Part shown: positions 36,801 through 51,800 of the stretch, piece after piece
How the letters are laid out: each line of letters starts with the position of its first letter
How positions within the stretch are numbered: position 1 is the stretch's first letter
From: Paragordius varius
Taxonomy: Eukaryota > Animalia > Nematomorpha
Length of the DNA: 64,000 nucleotides
Direction: 5' to 3'
NCBI GenBank assembly: GCA_964247055.1
Contig: OZ176056.1
Span: 6,324,001-6,388,000, forward strand
Program-made: the position numbers and the translations under genes
The notes under the pieces: generated by a model
The model's input: only the letters and a program-made list of their open reading frames with translations
Databases searched by the model: none
What the model was told of the DNA's origin: nothing

Positions 36801-39800
36801 TTTAACAATAATTATAAAGCATAACGAAATATATTTTTATCTAACATATCTAAATATAGATTTTAATTTAAGGCTAGAAAAATCGGTTATAATTGTATGT
36901 TAATCATATAAATTAGCCTCTTTTGGTAAATATTTGCCACTTATTATATACAGGTTAATTTAAGGCAAGCAAGTTTTTATGTAGTAATAAGAATAATTTA
37001 TATTAGAGTAAAAATAACATAATTATATAAACAATAGAGAAAGCTTCGTTCTTTTCATATCAATAAAATAATTATAGGTCAAAATATAAAGAATTTCATT
37101 TTGGTATAATTATAAAAAATTTGATTTTTTCCAAGTATGATTATACTATATTCAATAGAGTGCTAAAATTATGGTCATAATAATAATATAAAATAAAACG
37201 TACACAGCTGAAATAAATACAGAAAAAGAGTTAAACTCCTTTTAAATATATTTAAAAATAGCTGATTCATTCATATTATAAGTAATGAAAGCATTTGCCT
37301 ATATACCTGACTTCATTCATTTAATTAAATAAAGTAAAAATGAAATTTATGGAGACAAAATGTAAGGGGTTCAAACCAATTCAAAAAAAAGCGAAGCCGG
37401 CCTGGTTTCTAGAATTCCGAAGTCTAACCGCGTTAGTTCAAGAGTAAATAAACCAGAGCCGGGTGGATTCCTTAAAAATTTGACGGTTCGAGAAGCGATT
37501 TTATTATGGTTACTGACTTTTTAATCAAATGACATTCATACAACATTTTTATAATATAACAAATAAAATATAAATATACAGTTTATGCATCTTTTTTACT
37601 TGTATTAAGGGGTCAAGGACTGATTTTATCCGAAATCGTGAGGGCTTTAACACTCGCCTGCTTAGGGCGGACAGTGATGATGGGGAAATTGCATAGTTTC
37701 GGGGTTCGAACTCTGACACACAGTTTTAGAGTCCGGCGTCCCAACTATTATACAAATACGCCTTTTGTTAACAAAATATCAATTGTAAATCGAAACATGA
37801 TTTATTAATTAAATAGCCAAATGTTAAGGTAAAAAGTAATAAGTGACATTATCTATGTAGAAAATCTTAAACCTTGAAAATTGCAACAAGCATTAGGCCG
37901 CGAGACTACTTATCAGATCTTTAGATATAAAATTTAGTGTGGTAAAAAAGCTGTAATATGTACCACTAACGTAACCTATGATAAATTATAATATTTTTGC
38001 AAAAAGATGACAAATCTTGGTATCAACCCGTGGGCCGCGTTTCTTTCAAATACCACCGATATAAAGTGTGGCTCTTTTTAGTTATGGGTAATAGATTATG
38101 GAATATGAGATTAATTTATTACTAAGATTAATGTTTTAAGTCTTTAGATTAAAAAATCCACCTTACTATGTTTGTGGTAGTCCTTAAGTGTTAAAGATAA
38201 GAGAATCAAAATATAATTGTTAACATGGTGAATTCATTTTCAATCAAACACGAGAAAAAATGGTAGATCATGTAAGTTGATCTTGGGTTTGATTGATGTT
38301 TATCATATTACCCTTAAAAATTTACATAAACGTATGAAGTTTAAACCGAATCTAAAATTAATTTTTATCATAAAATTAGCGTTTACCATTGTAATTTAAA
38401 CGAGCGTTTCCGAATCGAGGCCCATGATCACTGAATAGAATGAGAAAAGTATGCGACAAATCATACCTTAAAAAGAAATCCTCAATCTGTGGACTAAGTA
38501 GCTTATCCAGTTTTTTCAAATTGTTTGTGTCATGTGTATATCTGCTAGTAAAAAATAAGGAAAAATAAGGAATCTCAAGTGCATGAGCCTCCTTTAGGGT
38601 ATCCATAAAATATTTCCAAAGAAACAAAGTATCACGGTTAGGTTCATGGGCAGTTATGTGCTTAGCATATGGACGTGAATAAATAGCTGTAGGAGATGTT
38701 CGAAATCCTTTTTTGTGATAATTAAAAGCTCCAATGTTAATCATATCATCCATCGATATAGTTAGATACGATTGCTTTGCGAAATCCTGCCAAATCAGTG
38801 GAAAGTTATCATAAAAATCTGGCGTAAATGTTTTATCAGACCCTGTTAACAGGCATAATAAATTTGGGAGGGTATTTAAACCCATTTTATTAACGGCTGT
38901 ATAGTTTAGTATATTGTTTAATCCACGATATTTATCAATCGTTTGAATTAATGTGAGTTGATCCTTATGAAAATCTACAGAAGAAATTGAATCAATTCCA
39001 ATAATCAAAATATTATATGGCTTAAATTTAGATTTGTTCGGATGAGTTGATATAGTTTGATTTATATTTTTTTGCATATATAACCAATTTTGTAAAGCCT
39101 CTTTCGCAAATAGGTTCAACAAAATTTTTATTAAACAAACGCTTTTCGTTATAATAGTGACAAGAAAATTCAATTAATACATCGAACCATTTGCGATCAA
39201 AATTTATATTTTCAAGTTTCTTAGCATCAAGATTTGTCTGAGTAATTTCAGAAAAAGTTCTTTGTTCATGGATTATAGGGGAATAGCATAAATGTGTCCT
39301 ATCTTCACTGGAGTTTAGGTCAGGGAGACATCGTAATATCTGTCTTAGGGAACATAAATATATTGTACTAATATCGATATTGGGATATAAATGCTTTTTA
39401 AACAATATGGACCAATTAATATTTAGCGTAATTTGATTTGAGTTGATTGGTAAAGTTTTATTTTCTACCGCCGCAATATATTTAATAGAAGAAGTCAGCG
39501 ATAAATGAGAATCGTGGTATCGAGTATTTAATCCATAATAATATATATTTGACCATATTTTTTTTGCTTTGTTATAATAAAATTGATGGTAAAAAAGTCG
39601 ATATTCAAACACATAAAACAGAACTAGTATAATCAATATGAGTATAAAATTCTTCTGCATATGAAAATTAATAATTTTAAAAAAAATTTTAAAAAATATT
39701 TTTTTATGAAAACAAGAAACTTCCTAATGTAAATATTTGGGATATAACGCAATATACATAACATAATAATTTAAACTTTTCATTTTTAAATATTTGTTAA

Positions 39801-42800
39801 CTAAACAATGTAATACAAACAGGTATATTCAATTCAATTGTTAACCAATTTATAAAATAATTTGCTTGTTTCGCAAAATTAAAATAATATTTGTACGGCT
39901 AAAACTATTATATTTAAGAATTATAAATAATTATGTGTATATGTTGGCATATTAATATAGTAATAGGTGGGGTGAAAATATATTAAGTAAAATTTAGAAG
40001 ATAAACAATTATACAAATTACAAATCAAATTTTATAGATAAGAAGATATTTTTATAGAGGGTAGATTAGTATTCCCAACCAATTTTTTGATTAAACCGCC
40101 TCAATTTAAATAAAGGCAATACTCACTCTGTTTTACCGATTTTTTTTAGAGATTCTTTGCAAATAATGTGATTGATTTCAAGCCTTTCAAAGCAGTTTAA
40201 GCCATCGACATAGGGATCAACCCATAGACGCCACAATGAAAAATACAAAAATTTATTTAGTAACTAGTCAAATATTTTCCTTCACATAGGTGGCCCATGA
40301 TTTAGATCTATGAATAGAATATTATATCTTTGTGAATAAGATATTTTTATGTTCTTGCAGTTATTGTTTGAAATTTAAAAGCAACCATAATGGTCTTTTA
40401 ATTTAATTATTCCATTTACATCCCCGAAAAACAAATTATACGTTTTTGTGTAAATATGATTTATTATTTATATGAAATATATTGTTATGGCATAGTTTAT
40501 TTTACATTATGTTAATTTTAAAGAAAAGTTCATTTTTTTATTAAAAAATATAGAAAAATTTTGTTATTCAAAAACACTTAAATACTTTTCTGAGTGAATT
40601 TTATTTAATAGTTCAAGGGAATTTGATGTTTGAGGGTTAATTTGTAATGTTTAAGGGTGAATCCAAAGTGGTTAAGGTTAAATAGTAGGTGTAAAGGGTT
40701 GGTTGGTTGTCCTAAGTCGTAAACGACTTTTTGGATATAGATTTCACTATTTCTTTCCATTCTTCTATCTCTTACCGCTAGATTGATCGTTTAATGTCAT
40801 TTTAGTCTCCTCTTTTATGATATCCGACCACCTCATCGGTGGTCGGCCTCGTTTCCTTTGTCCTTCTACCTTCCGAAGCATTGCATCTTTATCTAGAGAA
40901 TTCGATGGCATGACATGACCAAAATATGTTAACTTTCTATTTAGAATATCTCCAGGATGTTTGTTTTAGGCTTTATTTCTGTAGTTAGATTTCCATTCTT
41001 AATTTTATCCTTACAGGTGTATCCTAGCATCCTACGCAAGCAGCTCATTTTAAAAGCCATGAGCCTTTCTTTGTCCCTTTTTCTGAGAGTCCAACTCTCA
41101 CATCCATATGTGGTGACCGGGAGAGCGAAACAGTAGAGTCTTTTTTTGGTTTCAACTCCTCCGCTTTTGTTTTTCCAAATCTTTATTAATTTGGTCATCG
41201 CTTCTCTACCCAATCCTATTCTCTTTCTGATGTCAGGAGTTGAAGATCCATTCTCTGAAATTATTGCGCCCAAAAACGTTAACTGTTTAACTATTTCTAT
41301 TTCTACTCCTTCTATAATAATTGTAGGCTTTTCTCCAGTACATAATATTTTGGTTTTGTTAGGATTAAGCTTGACCATAACTCAAACTTTCCTTTCGAAT
41401 CTCTTCAATCAATTCCTTCAAATCATTTACACTTTCAGCTATAAGAGTGGTATCTGCAAACCTTAAATTATTGATTGTTCTCCTCCTATTCTTACTCCAA
41501 TATTTTACCATCTAACTTCCTCATTATCTCTGTGCACATGAACAGATAAGGGGATAAGCAACACCCTTGCCTGACTTCTTTAGGTATTTCGTCTGTGTCC
41601 CCCGCTGATGTTCTAATAATCGCTCTTTGTTTTAGATAGAGAGAGCTAATCAATCTTATTAAGTGAGACGATACCCCTACCAACTTTAATGTTTCCCACA
41701 AGGAGTCATAGTTAATCGAATCGAAGGCTTGTCTGTAATCAATAAAACACATGTTTAATTCTTTCTAAAACTCTTTAGATGTTTCCATTATCCTTCTCAT
41801 GTTTGAATGGTCTCTTGTGCTTTTTCCCTTCATAAATTCGGCTTGATTTTTTGGTATTTCTGACTGTATGATACTGTGCATCCTGTTTTGTATTATTTTT
41901 AGTAAGACCTTACTAGCGTGGCTAATAAGAGATATGTTCCAGTAGTTTTCGCACTGGAGTACATCTCCTTTTTTGTATATTGGGAGATATACAAATGATA
42001 TCCAGTCGTTTGGCTACTCATATGGTTCCCACACCTTTTGTCATAACTTGTATAACATTTCTACAGGAATAGCTTTTATGAACTCTATTGGGATATTGTC
42101 TAATCCCATCGCTTTGTTGTTAGGAATTTGTTTTAAGGCTAATTCAATCCTCTCTTAGTATATCTGGATCACGTTCTTCTTCTTTTAATTGCAACGCTTT
42201 TGCTGGAGCCTGATAGAGTTTTTGGGTGTATTCCATCTTTCTCGTACTTCTGTTTGTTTGCACAATATGGTGCCATTCTCTTTTTTAATCTTTTGGGATG
42301 ATATAAAAGGTATATGAGTCATTTGCTTCAGTTTCTGGAACATTGGTTGCATTAATCCTTTTTTGTTATTTAATTCCACTTCCAAACGTTGTTTATAAAG
42401 AAAATCTTCATAATCCTTTCTTGTTTGTCGTTGATATTCTTTGTTATATAATTTAACCATTTTATTATCACCTCGTGATTTAGCTTTTCTCCTCTTTTCT
42501 GCTATCTCTACACTCTTTTCTGATATCCATTTGTTATCTTTCCTCTTTACTCTCTGCACTTTTTCTTTTGCCACTTCATTAATAACATTTTTTATCGTTC
42601 CCCATAATTGTTCTGAGCTAGATTCGTTGTCCAAACTTTCTAATCTATCTTTCGTTTCTGTTCTAAAATTATTTGGAATGTTCCGAGTGTCATATCTGTA
42701 TGTCTGTTTAACCTTATTTTTAATTATTTTAAGTGATTTTGGTTACTAAGAGTTCATGATCGCTAGAGCAGTGGCTGCTTTTGCTTGTTTTGGTGTCGAG

Positions 42801-45800
42801 TATAGGGCTTTTCCATTTTTGTGCATATTATGTAATCGATTTGGTTCTTATATTTACCACATGGAGAGGTCCATGTGTATAACCTCCTATTGTGTTGTAG
42901 AAACCATGTGTTGGTTATCATCATCGCATTTTCTTGGCAAAAATTGATCAGTGCCTCCCCAGCCTCGTTTCGTTCTCCCAATCCATAGGCCCGACTATTT
43001 GATCTACTCTACCTCTGCCAACTTTGCTGTTCCAATCCCCTCCTATGATAATCATATCTCCTTTCTTCGTTTCATCCAAAACTATTTGCAACTTTTCATA
43101 AAAATCCTCTATGTTTTGACGTAGGAGCATAGATTATTATGTATGTAAATTTAAATGGCTTAGCATTCAGCCTAATACTCATGATTCTGGGTGTATATTG
43201 TGTATAAGTAATGAGACTTTTATTAATTTATTTTTCATTAATACTGCAACGTCTTCTGATTTCTGGTCATCTCTCCCCATCTTAACAATGTATAATTTTC
43301 GTTTTGTACTTTCGCGCTACCTTTTTGCTTGGTTTCCGTTAGATCCAGTATATCTAAGTTCATCTTTCCATTTCCCTTTCAATTATAACCTGTGTGGTTT
43401 CTGTTAATAAACGTACGTTCCAGCATCCAACTTTGAATAGTCGCGTTAAATAGAGGGTGATTTGCCATTGCCTTCCCTCTCACTTACCCTCTTTACAAAA
43501 AAAAATATCAAGGATAATAAATAAAATAAAGAGTAATCTTTAAAATGTTGTCAATTTGGATAAAAATATTAATATTTCACTTTGTCTAGCAATCATAAAA
43601 GAAAAATATAAGGAAATTATGGCTACGCTAGTAAAAATAAAATAATTAGGCACCAAGGAGTAGAAAAAAAAAGAGATAATATGTATAACAATGATTTTTG
43701 ATATTATGAATTATATTACTCTTTAAATTACATACTTAGCATACAAATAAAAACAACTCTACAAAACAAAATAAAAGATTAATAATTACAAAAAGGAACC
43801 ATATTTTTAAATATATTTATAGTATATAATAATGTAAAAAATTTTATTCTCCTTGAATGACTTGCCGCTTTTAATCATATGATTTCATGCATGAAACAAC
43901 TATTAATTACAATTAACAATGTTAAATAAAAAACAAAAAAAAATTAAATTTGACTAAATTTATCAAAAACCGCAATTTTTACCTGATTAAAATGTCACTA
44001 CATAAAAATTGACAATGAAAAACATAAATACAAAAACAATCTAAAATCTACTTTAATTTTCACAAATATAGAACCTGTGTTTTTAATTAGTAATAACAAT
44101 TATGTAAAATAATAATACCAATTTCGATTAATACAGGTATTTATCATGTTGAAAAATATTTATTATTAATTATCAATTAACATAAATAATTTTTAAATAC
44201 CCATTTTAATATTTATTAAAGATAAAAAACTCACAAATTCCGCATCTAAATACGTATCAACAATATTTCAAATGTTAACATAAATTGCTATAATATTCTC
44301 AAAATTTAACATTACAAAATATCCATCAAAAAAGCCTATGTTGATTCTCACGTCAATCCTCTTTTATATGTGTACTACGAAATAATTTCGTGGGTTAGTA
44401 TTTTATTTGACTGGCAATAAAACTACTTAACATACATTAAAATGCATACTGTATTTCTCTAAACGTTCTTTTGTAAATTATCTCTATATTTGTTTGAGGA
44501 TTTATATGTGCAATTTTTCCATTAATTTTACTTTCCAGGTATATCCTAGCATCTCAGGCCAGAAGCTCCTTTCTAAAGCCATGAGACTTTCTTTGTCACT
44601 TTTTTTGAAAGTTCAGCTCTCAATACTATACGTGGTGACCGGGAGAACAAAACAGTAGAATAATCTTTTTTAGTTTCAGCCCCTCGCTTATGTTTATCCA
44701 AATCTTTATTAATTTGGCCATCGCTTCCCTACCCAATCCTATTCTTTTCCAGATGTCAGGAGTTGAAGAGTCATCCTCGGGAATTATAAAATTGTAATTT
44801 AATAAATGTATAGACATTTTTTACATTCTAAACCTAATTAATTAATTTTATTTAACATCCTGAATCGCTCTGGTTAGCATTAGTAAAATACTTAAAAAGT
44901 ATGGATTATTGAATTGTTATTTATAAAATTAACTGGGTTTATAAAATTACATGTTTTAAAGGTAAAATATTAATAAAAAATGTTAGGGTTTAGGACTTAG
45001 TATAACCGGTTAGACCTACACTAAGACAGATGCGGAGCCTGCAGGCTCCCGGTGCATGAATCCGTGGTAGCGACCCCCTTCCGTTCCATTCAATATTTGG
45101 CAATTTAAAAAAAATAATCAAATTTTAACCGACCTCATAAATGGGCATTTTATATGTATTATAACATAATGTCTTTTAAATACGTATTTTTTTTAAAATA
45201 AATTTAAATTTTTAAAATCCAGCACCCCTTTAACTATGGCATCCGGTGCATCAGCCCCCACCCCCTTAGCTACGCCTCTACCCTAAGAATGTCAATCTAA
45301 ATATATAATTTATTTTCTAATGAATAAAAACACAAAGGTATTCTGTTTAAGGTAAAAATATTTATATTTACATAAACAACCAGGCGAAAAAAATTGATAT
45401 TGGCATATATAACTATTACATTTACAGATATTCAACTATAAATAAAAAGTATAAGGAAATATATTTTTATCTAACATATCTAAATATAGATTTTAATTTA
45501 AGGCTAAAAAAATCGGTTATAATTGTATGTTAATCATATATATTAGCCTCTTTTATTAAATATTTGCCACCTATTATATGCAGGTTAATTTAAGGCAAGC
45601 AAGTTTTTATGTAGTAATAAGAATAATTTAGATTAGAGTGAAAAATAACATAATTATATAAACAATAGAAAAAGCTTCGTTCTTTTTATATCAATACTAA
45701 AATAATTATAGGTCAAAATATAAAGAATTTCATTTTGGTATAATTATAAAAAATTTGATTTTTTCCAAGTATGATTATACTATATTAAATAGAGTGCTAA

Positions 45801-48800
45801 AATTATGGTCATAATCTATATATTTATAAAAATGGAAAATGTTGGCTTTGTGATCTGGTATAGGAAAACCGGTAGACCCATTCAAATCCAAACTTCGAAA
45901 AAATATAATCATTAATGAATGCCCCGACAATAGCTTCGCCCTTTTTTTGAAATAGGCCCCCAGTTCGAACCCACCCCGTGCGGTTTTTTTTGAAAACATA
46001 AGTCCACAAAAATCGTGTCTAGACAATTTTCTGGAGTATGTGTTGGTCCTCTATTTCAAATTGATTTTTGTGTACTTATTTTCGATTGCGACGAACATAT
46101 TCGAGTGACTTTTTTGATTTAGGCCCTCTTTTTACCCGCTCCCCCCGTAAAATGCCATTTTTTGAAAAAAAAGTCCACAAAAATAATTTTTATAAATTTT
46201 TTCGCCCTAGGTATGAGACCGTAAAAATTCAATATGGATTCCACGTATTCCCTGTTAAAAGGCAAAAATTTTGGCCAGGCGTTTCTTTGATGATAGCTGC
46301 TGGGTAAGCTACCCGCTAAAAACTGATTCCTCATGTAACTTTGTGATCTATTTCCGGAAAACCGGTGAATCCAATCAAAATATCGAAAAAATATAAACAT
46401 TAATAAATGTCCCGACAATAGCTTCGCCCTTTTTTGGAATTAGGCCCCAGCTCGGGCCTACCCCGTGGGAAAAATGGGTTAAGTCTATTTTTTGGAGAAC
46501 GTGTTGGCCCGTTTAATTTCAAATATGATTTTTGTTTACTTATTTTTGATTGCGCTGAACATAGTCGACTCACTTTTTCGATTTAGGCCCTCTTTTGACC
46601 CGCTACCCCCGTAAAATGCCATTTTTTTCAAAAAACAAAGTCCACAAAAATAATTTTTTGATTGTATTTTTTTGCCCAAGGTATAAGACTGTAAAAATTC
46701 AATATGGGTTCCACGTATTCCCTGTTAAAAGGCAAAAATTTTAGTCAAACGTTTCTTTGATGATAGCTGCAGAGTAAGGAGTATGTATCATATGTATAGG
46801 ATGTTAAAAGATATATGGATATTAAAACATTATTTATGGTAATCTATATATTTATATAAATGGAAAATGCTGGCTTTGTGATCTGGTATAGGAAAACCGG
46901 TAGACCCATTCAAATCCAAACTTCGAAAAAATATAATCATTAATGATGCCCTGACAATAGCTTCGCCCTTTTTTGAAATAGGCCCCCAGTTCGGGCGGTG
47001 TGAAAAACGGTTTTTTTTGAAAACATAAGTCCACAAAAATCGTGTCTAGACAATTTTCTGGAGTATGTGTTGGTCCTCTATTTCAAATTGATTTTTGTGT
47101 ACTTATTTTCGATTGCGACGAACATATTCGAGTGACTTTTTTGATTTAGGCCCTCTTTTTACCCGCTCCCCCCGTAAAATGCCATTTTTTTGAAAAAAAA
47201 AGTCCACAAAAATAATTTTTATAAATTTTTTCGCCCTAGGTATGAGACCGTAAAAATTCAATATGGATTCCACGTATTCCCTGTTAAAAGGCAAAAAGTT
47301 TAGTCAGGCGTTTCTTTGATGATAGCTGCTGGGTATGAAGCTGCCCGCTAAAAACTGATTCCTCATGTAACTTTGTGATCTGTTTCCGGAAAACCGGTGA
47401 ACTCAATCAAATCCAGATATCTAAAAAATATAATCATTAATAAATGTCCCGACAATAGCTTAGCCCTTTTTTGGAATTAGGTCCCCAGTTCGGGCCTACC
47501 CCGTGTGAAAAATGGGTTAAGTCTATTTTTTGGAGAACGTGTTGGACCATTCAATTTCAAATATGATTTTTGTTTACTTATTTTTGATCGCGCTGAACAT
47601 AGTCGACTCACTTTTTCGATTTAGGCCCTCTTTTTACCCGCCCCCGTAAAATGCCATTTTTTTCAAAAAAAAAGTCCACAAAAATAATTTTTTTATTGTA
47701 AAAATGGATTCCACGTATTCCCTGTTAAAAGGCAAAAATTTTAGTCAAGCGTTTCTTTGATGATAGCTGCTGAGTAAGGAGTATGTATCATATGTATAGA
47801 ATGTTAAAAGATATATGGATATTAAAACATTATTTATGGTAATCTATATATTTATAAAAATGGAAAATGCTGGCTTTGTGATCTGGTATAAAACCGGTAG
47901 ACCCATTCAAATCCAAACTTCGAAAAAATATAATCATTAATGATGACCCGACAATAGCTTCGCCCTTTTTTTGAAATAGGCCCCCAGTTCAGACTCACCC
48001 CGTGTGAAAAACGGTTTTTTTTTTGAAAACATAAGTCCACAAAAATCGTGTCTTTGAGACAATTTTCTGGAGTACGTGTTGGTCCATTCTATTTCAAATT
48101 GATTTTTGTGTACTTATTTTCGATTGCGCCGAACATAGTCGAGTGACTTTTTTGATTTAGGCCCTCTTTTTACCCGCTCCCCCCGTAAAAAGCCATTTTT
48201 TTCAAAAAACAAAGTCCACAAAAATAATTTTTTAAATCTATTTTTCGCCCTAGGTATGAGACCGTAAAAATTCAATATGGATTCCACGTATTCCCTGTTA
48301 AAAGGCAAAAATTTTAGTCAGGCGTTTCTTTGATGATAGCTGCTGGGTAAGGAGCTACCCGCTAAAAACTGATTCCTCATGTAACTTTGTGATCTGTTTC
48401 GGAAAACCGGTGAACCTAATCAAATCCAGATATCGAAAAAATATAATCATTAATAAATGTCCCGACAATAGCTTCGCCCTTTTTTTGAAATAGGCCCCCA
48501 GTTCAGACTCACCCCGTGTGAAAAACGGTTTTTTTTTGAAAACATAAGTCCACAAAAATCGTGTCTTTGAGACAATTTTCTGGAGTACGTGTTGGACCAT
48601 TCAATTTCAAATATGATTTTTGTGTACTTATTTTCGATTGCGCCGAACATAGTCGAGTGACTTTTTTGATTTAGGCCCTCTTTTTACCCGCTCCCCCCGT
48701 AAAAAGCCATTTTTTTCAAAAAACAAAGTCCACAAAAATAATTTTTTAAATCTATTTTTCGCCCTAGGTATGAGACCGTAAAAATTCAATATGGATTCCA

Positions 48801-51800
48801 CGTATTCCCTGTTAAAAGGCAAAAATTTTAGTCAGGCGTTTCTTTGATGATAGCTGCTGGGTAAGGAGCTACCCGCTAAAAACTGATTCCTCATGTAACT
48901 TTGTGATCTGTTTCGGAAAACCGGTGAACCTAATCAAATCCAGATATCGAAAAAATATAATCATTAATAAATGTCCCGACAATAGCTTCGCCCTTTTTTT
49001 GAAATAGGCCCCCAGTTCAGACTCACCCCGTGTGAAAAACGGTTTTTTTTTGAAAACATAAGTCCACAAAAATCGTGTCTTTGAGACAATTTTCTGGAGT
49101 ACGTGTTGGACCATTCAATTTCAAATATGATTTTTGTGTACTTATTTTTGATCGCGCTGAACATAGTCGACTCACATTTTTGATTTAGGCCTTCTTTTTA
49201 CCCGCTACCCCCGTAAAATGCCATTTTTTTCAAAAAAAACAAAGTCCACAAAAATAATTTTTTGATTGTATTTTTTTTGCCCAAGGAAAGACTGTAAAAA
49301 TTCGATAATGATTTTTCGTATTGCCTGTTAAAAGGCAAAAATTTTAGTCAAGCGTTTCTTTGATGATAGCTGCTGAGTAAGGAGCTACTCGCTAAAAACT
49401 GATTGCTCATGTAACTTTGTGATCTGTTTCCAGAAAACCGGTAGACCCATTCACCAAACTTCGTAACTCGTGCTGCATATCAGCACGAGATTTACGCTAG
49501 TAATAATATAAAAAAACGTACACAGCTGAAATAAATACAGAAAAAGAGTTAAACTCATTTTAAATATATTTAAAAATAGCTGATTCATTCATATTATAAT
49601 TAATGAAAGCAATTGCCTATATACCTGACTTCATTCATTTAATTAAATACAGTAAAAATGAAATTTATAGAGACAAAATGTAAGGGGTTCAAACCAATTC
49701 CAAAAAAAAGCGAAGCTGGCCTGGTTTCTGGAATTCCGAAGTCTAACCGCGGTGGTTCAAAAGGAAATGGAACCAGAGCCGGGTTGCCTTAAAAATTTAA
49801 CAATTCGGGAAGCGGCTCCATTATATTTCCCGACATTTTATGAAATGATATTCATACAACATTTTTATAATATACCAAATAAAATACAAATATTCAGTTT
49901 AAGCATCTTTTTTACTTGTATTAAGGGGTCAAGGTCTAATTGTATCCGAAATCGTGAGGGCTTTAACACTCGCCTGCTTAGGACGGACAGTGATGATGGA
50001 GAAATTGCATAGTTTCGGGGTTAGAACTCTGGCACACAGTTTTAGAGTCCGGCGTCCCAAATATTATACAAATACGCCTTTTGTTACCAAAATATCAATT
50101 GTAAATCGAAATATGATATATTAATTAAAAAGCCAAATGTTAAAATACAAAAGTAGGTATAAGAGGTATTTACTATCTCTATGTTTCTAACTTAGAGAAT
50201 TGCAACAAGCATTCGGCCGTGAGACTACTTCTCAGATCTTTAGATATAAAATTTAGAGTGGTAAAAAAGCTGTAATATGTACCGCTAACGTAACCTATGA
50301 TAAATTATAATATTTTAGCAAAGTTTGTGGCAAATCTTGGGGACCGCATGCAACCCGTGAGCCGCGGTTCAAATACCACTTAAGTGTAGCTATTTTTTAG
50401 TTATGGGTAAAAGATTATGGAATACGAGAATCATTTATTATTATTAATGTTCTTAATCTTTAGATTAAAAAAAATCTAGCTAACTATGTTTGTGGTAGTC
50501 CTTAAGTGTTAAAGATAAGAGAATCAAAATATAAATTGTTAACATGGTGAATTCATTTCAATCGAGCACGAAAAAAATGGTATATTTTATAAATCGATCA
50601 CTTGGCTTAGAATGCTGTTTATCATTTTACTCTTAAAAATATCTACATATACGTATATAGTTTAAACCAAATATAAATTAAGTTTAATTATAAATAAGCG
50701 TTTACCATTGTAATTTAAACGATCTTTTCCGAATCGAGGGCCATGGTCACCAAATAGAATGAGAAAAGTATGCGACAAATCATTCCTTAAAAAGAAATCC
50801 TCAATCTGTGGATTAAGTAGCTTATCCAGTTTTTTCAACCTGTTTGCGTCATGTGTATATCTGCTAGTAAAAAATAAGGAAAAATAAGGAATCTCAAGTG
50901 CATGAGCCTCCTTTAGGGTATCCATAAAATATTTCCAAAGAAACAGAGTATCACGGTTAGGTTCATGGGCAGTTATGTGCTTAGCATATGGACGTGAATA
51001 AATAGCTGTAGGAGATGTTCGAAATCCTTTTTTGTGATAATTAAAAGCTCCAATGTTAATCATATCATCCATCGATATAGTTAGATACGATTGCTTTGCG
51101 AAATCCTGCCAAATCAGTGCGAAGCTATCATAAAAATCTGGCGTAAATGTTTTATCGGACCCTGTTAACAGGCATAATAAATTTGGGAGGGTATTTAAAC
51201 CCATTTTATTAACGGCTGTATAGTTTAGTATATTGTTTGATCCGCGATATTTCTCAATCGTTTGAATTAATGTGAGTTGATCCTTATGAAAATCTACAGA
51301 AGAAATTGAATCAATTCCAATAATCAAAATATTATATGGCTTAAATTTAGATTTGTTCGGATGAGTTAATATAGTTTCATTTTTATTTTTTTGCACATAT
51401 AACCAATTTTGTAACGCCTCTTTCGCAAATGGTTCAACAAATTTTTTGTTAAACAAACGCTTTTCGTTATAATAGTGACAAGAAAATTCAATTAATACAT
51501 CGAACCATTTGCGATCAAAATTCATGTTTTCAAGTTTCTTAGCATCAATATGTGTCTGAGTAATTTCAGAAAAAGTTCTTTGTTTATGGATTATAGGGGA
51601 ATAGCATAGTTGTGTCCTATCTTCACTTGAGTTTAAATCAGGGAGACATCGTAATATTTGTCTGAGGGAACATAAATATATTGTACTAATATCGATATTG
51701 GGATATAAATGCTTTATAAACACTTTGGACCAATTAATATTTATCGTTATTTGATTTGAGAGCTCATGGCTATAGCTGTAAGTAATATTTTTGATTGGTG

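Noticed and set aside
37640-37730. GGGGTTCGAACTC B-box-like motif suggesting a tRNA or SINE
   Set aside because: No A-box at a suitable spacing and no cloverleaf; the paralogous site at ~50017 has lost the motif.
45775-49164. Many 60-100-aa ORFs, and a CRISPR-like or coding interpretation of the array
   Set aside because: The ORFs are overlapping by-products of the 514-bp tandem unit. There are no unique spacers, no cas genes, and the context is eukaryotic.
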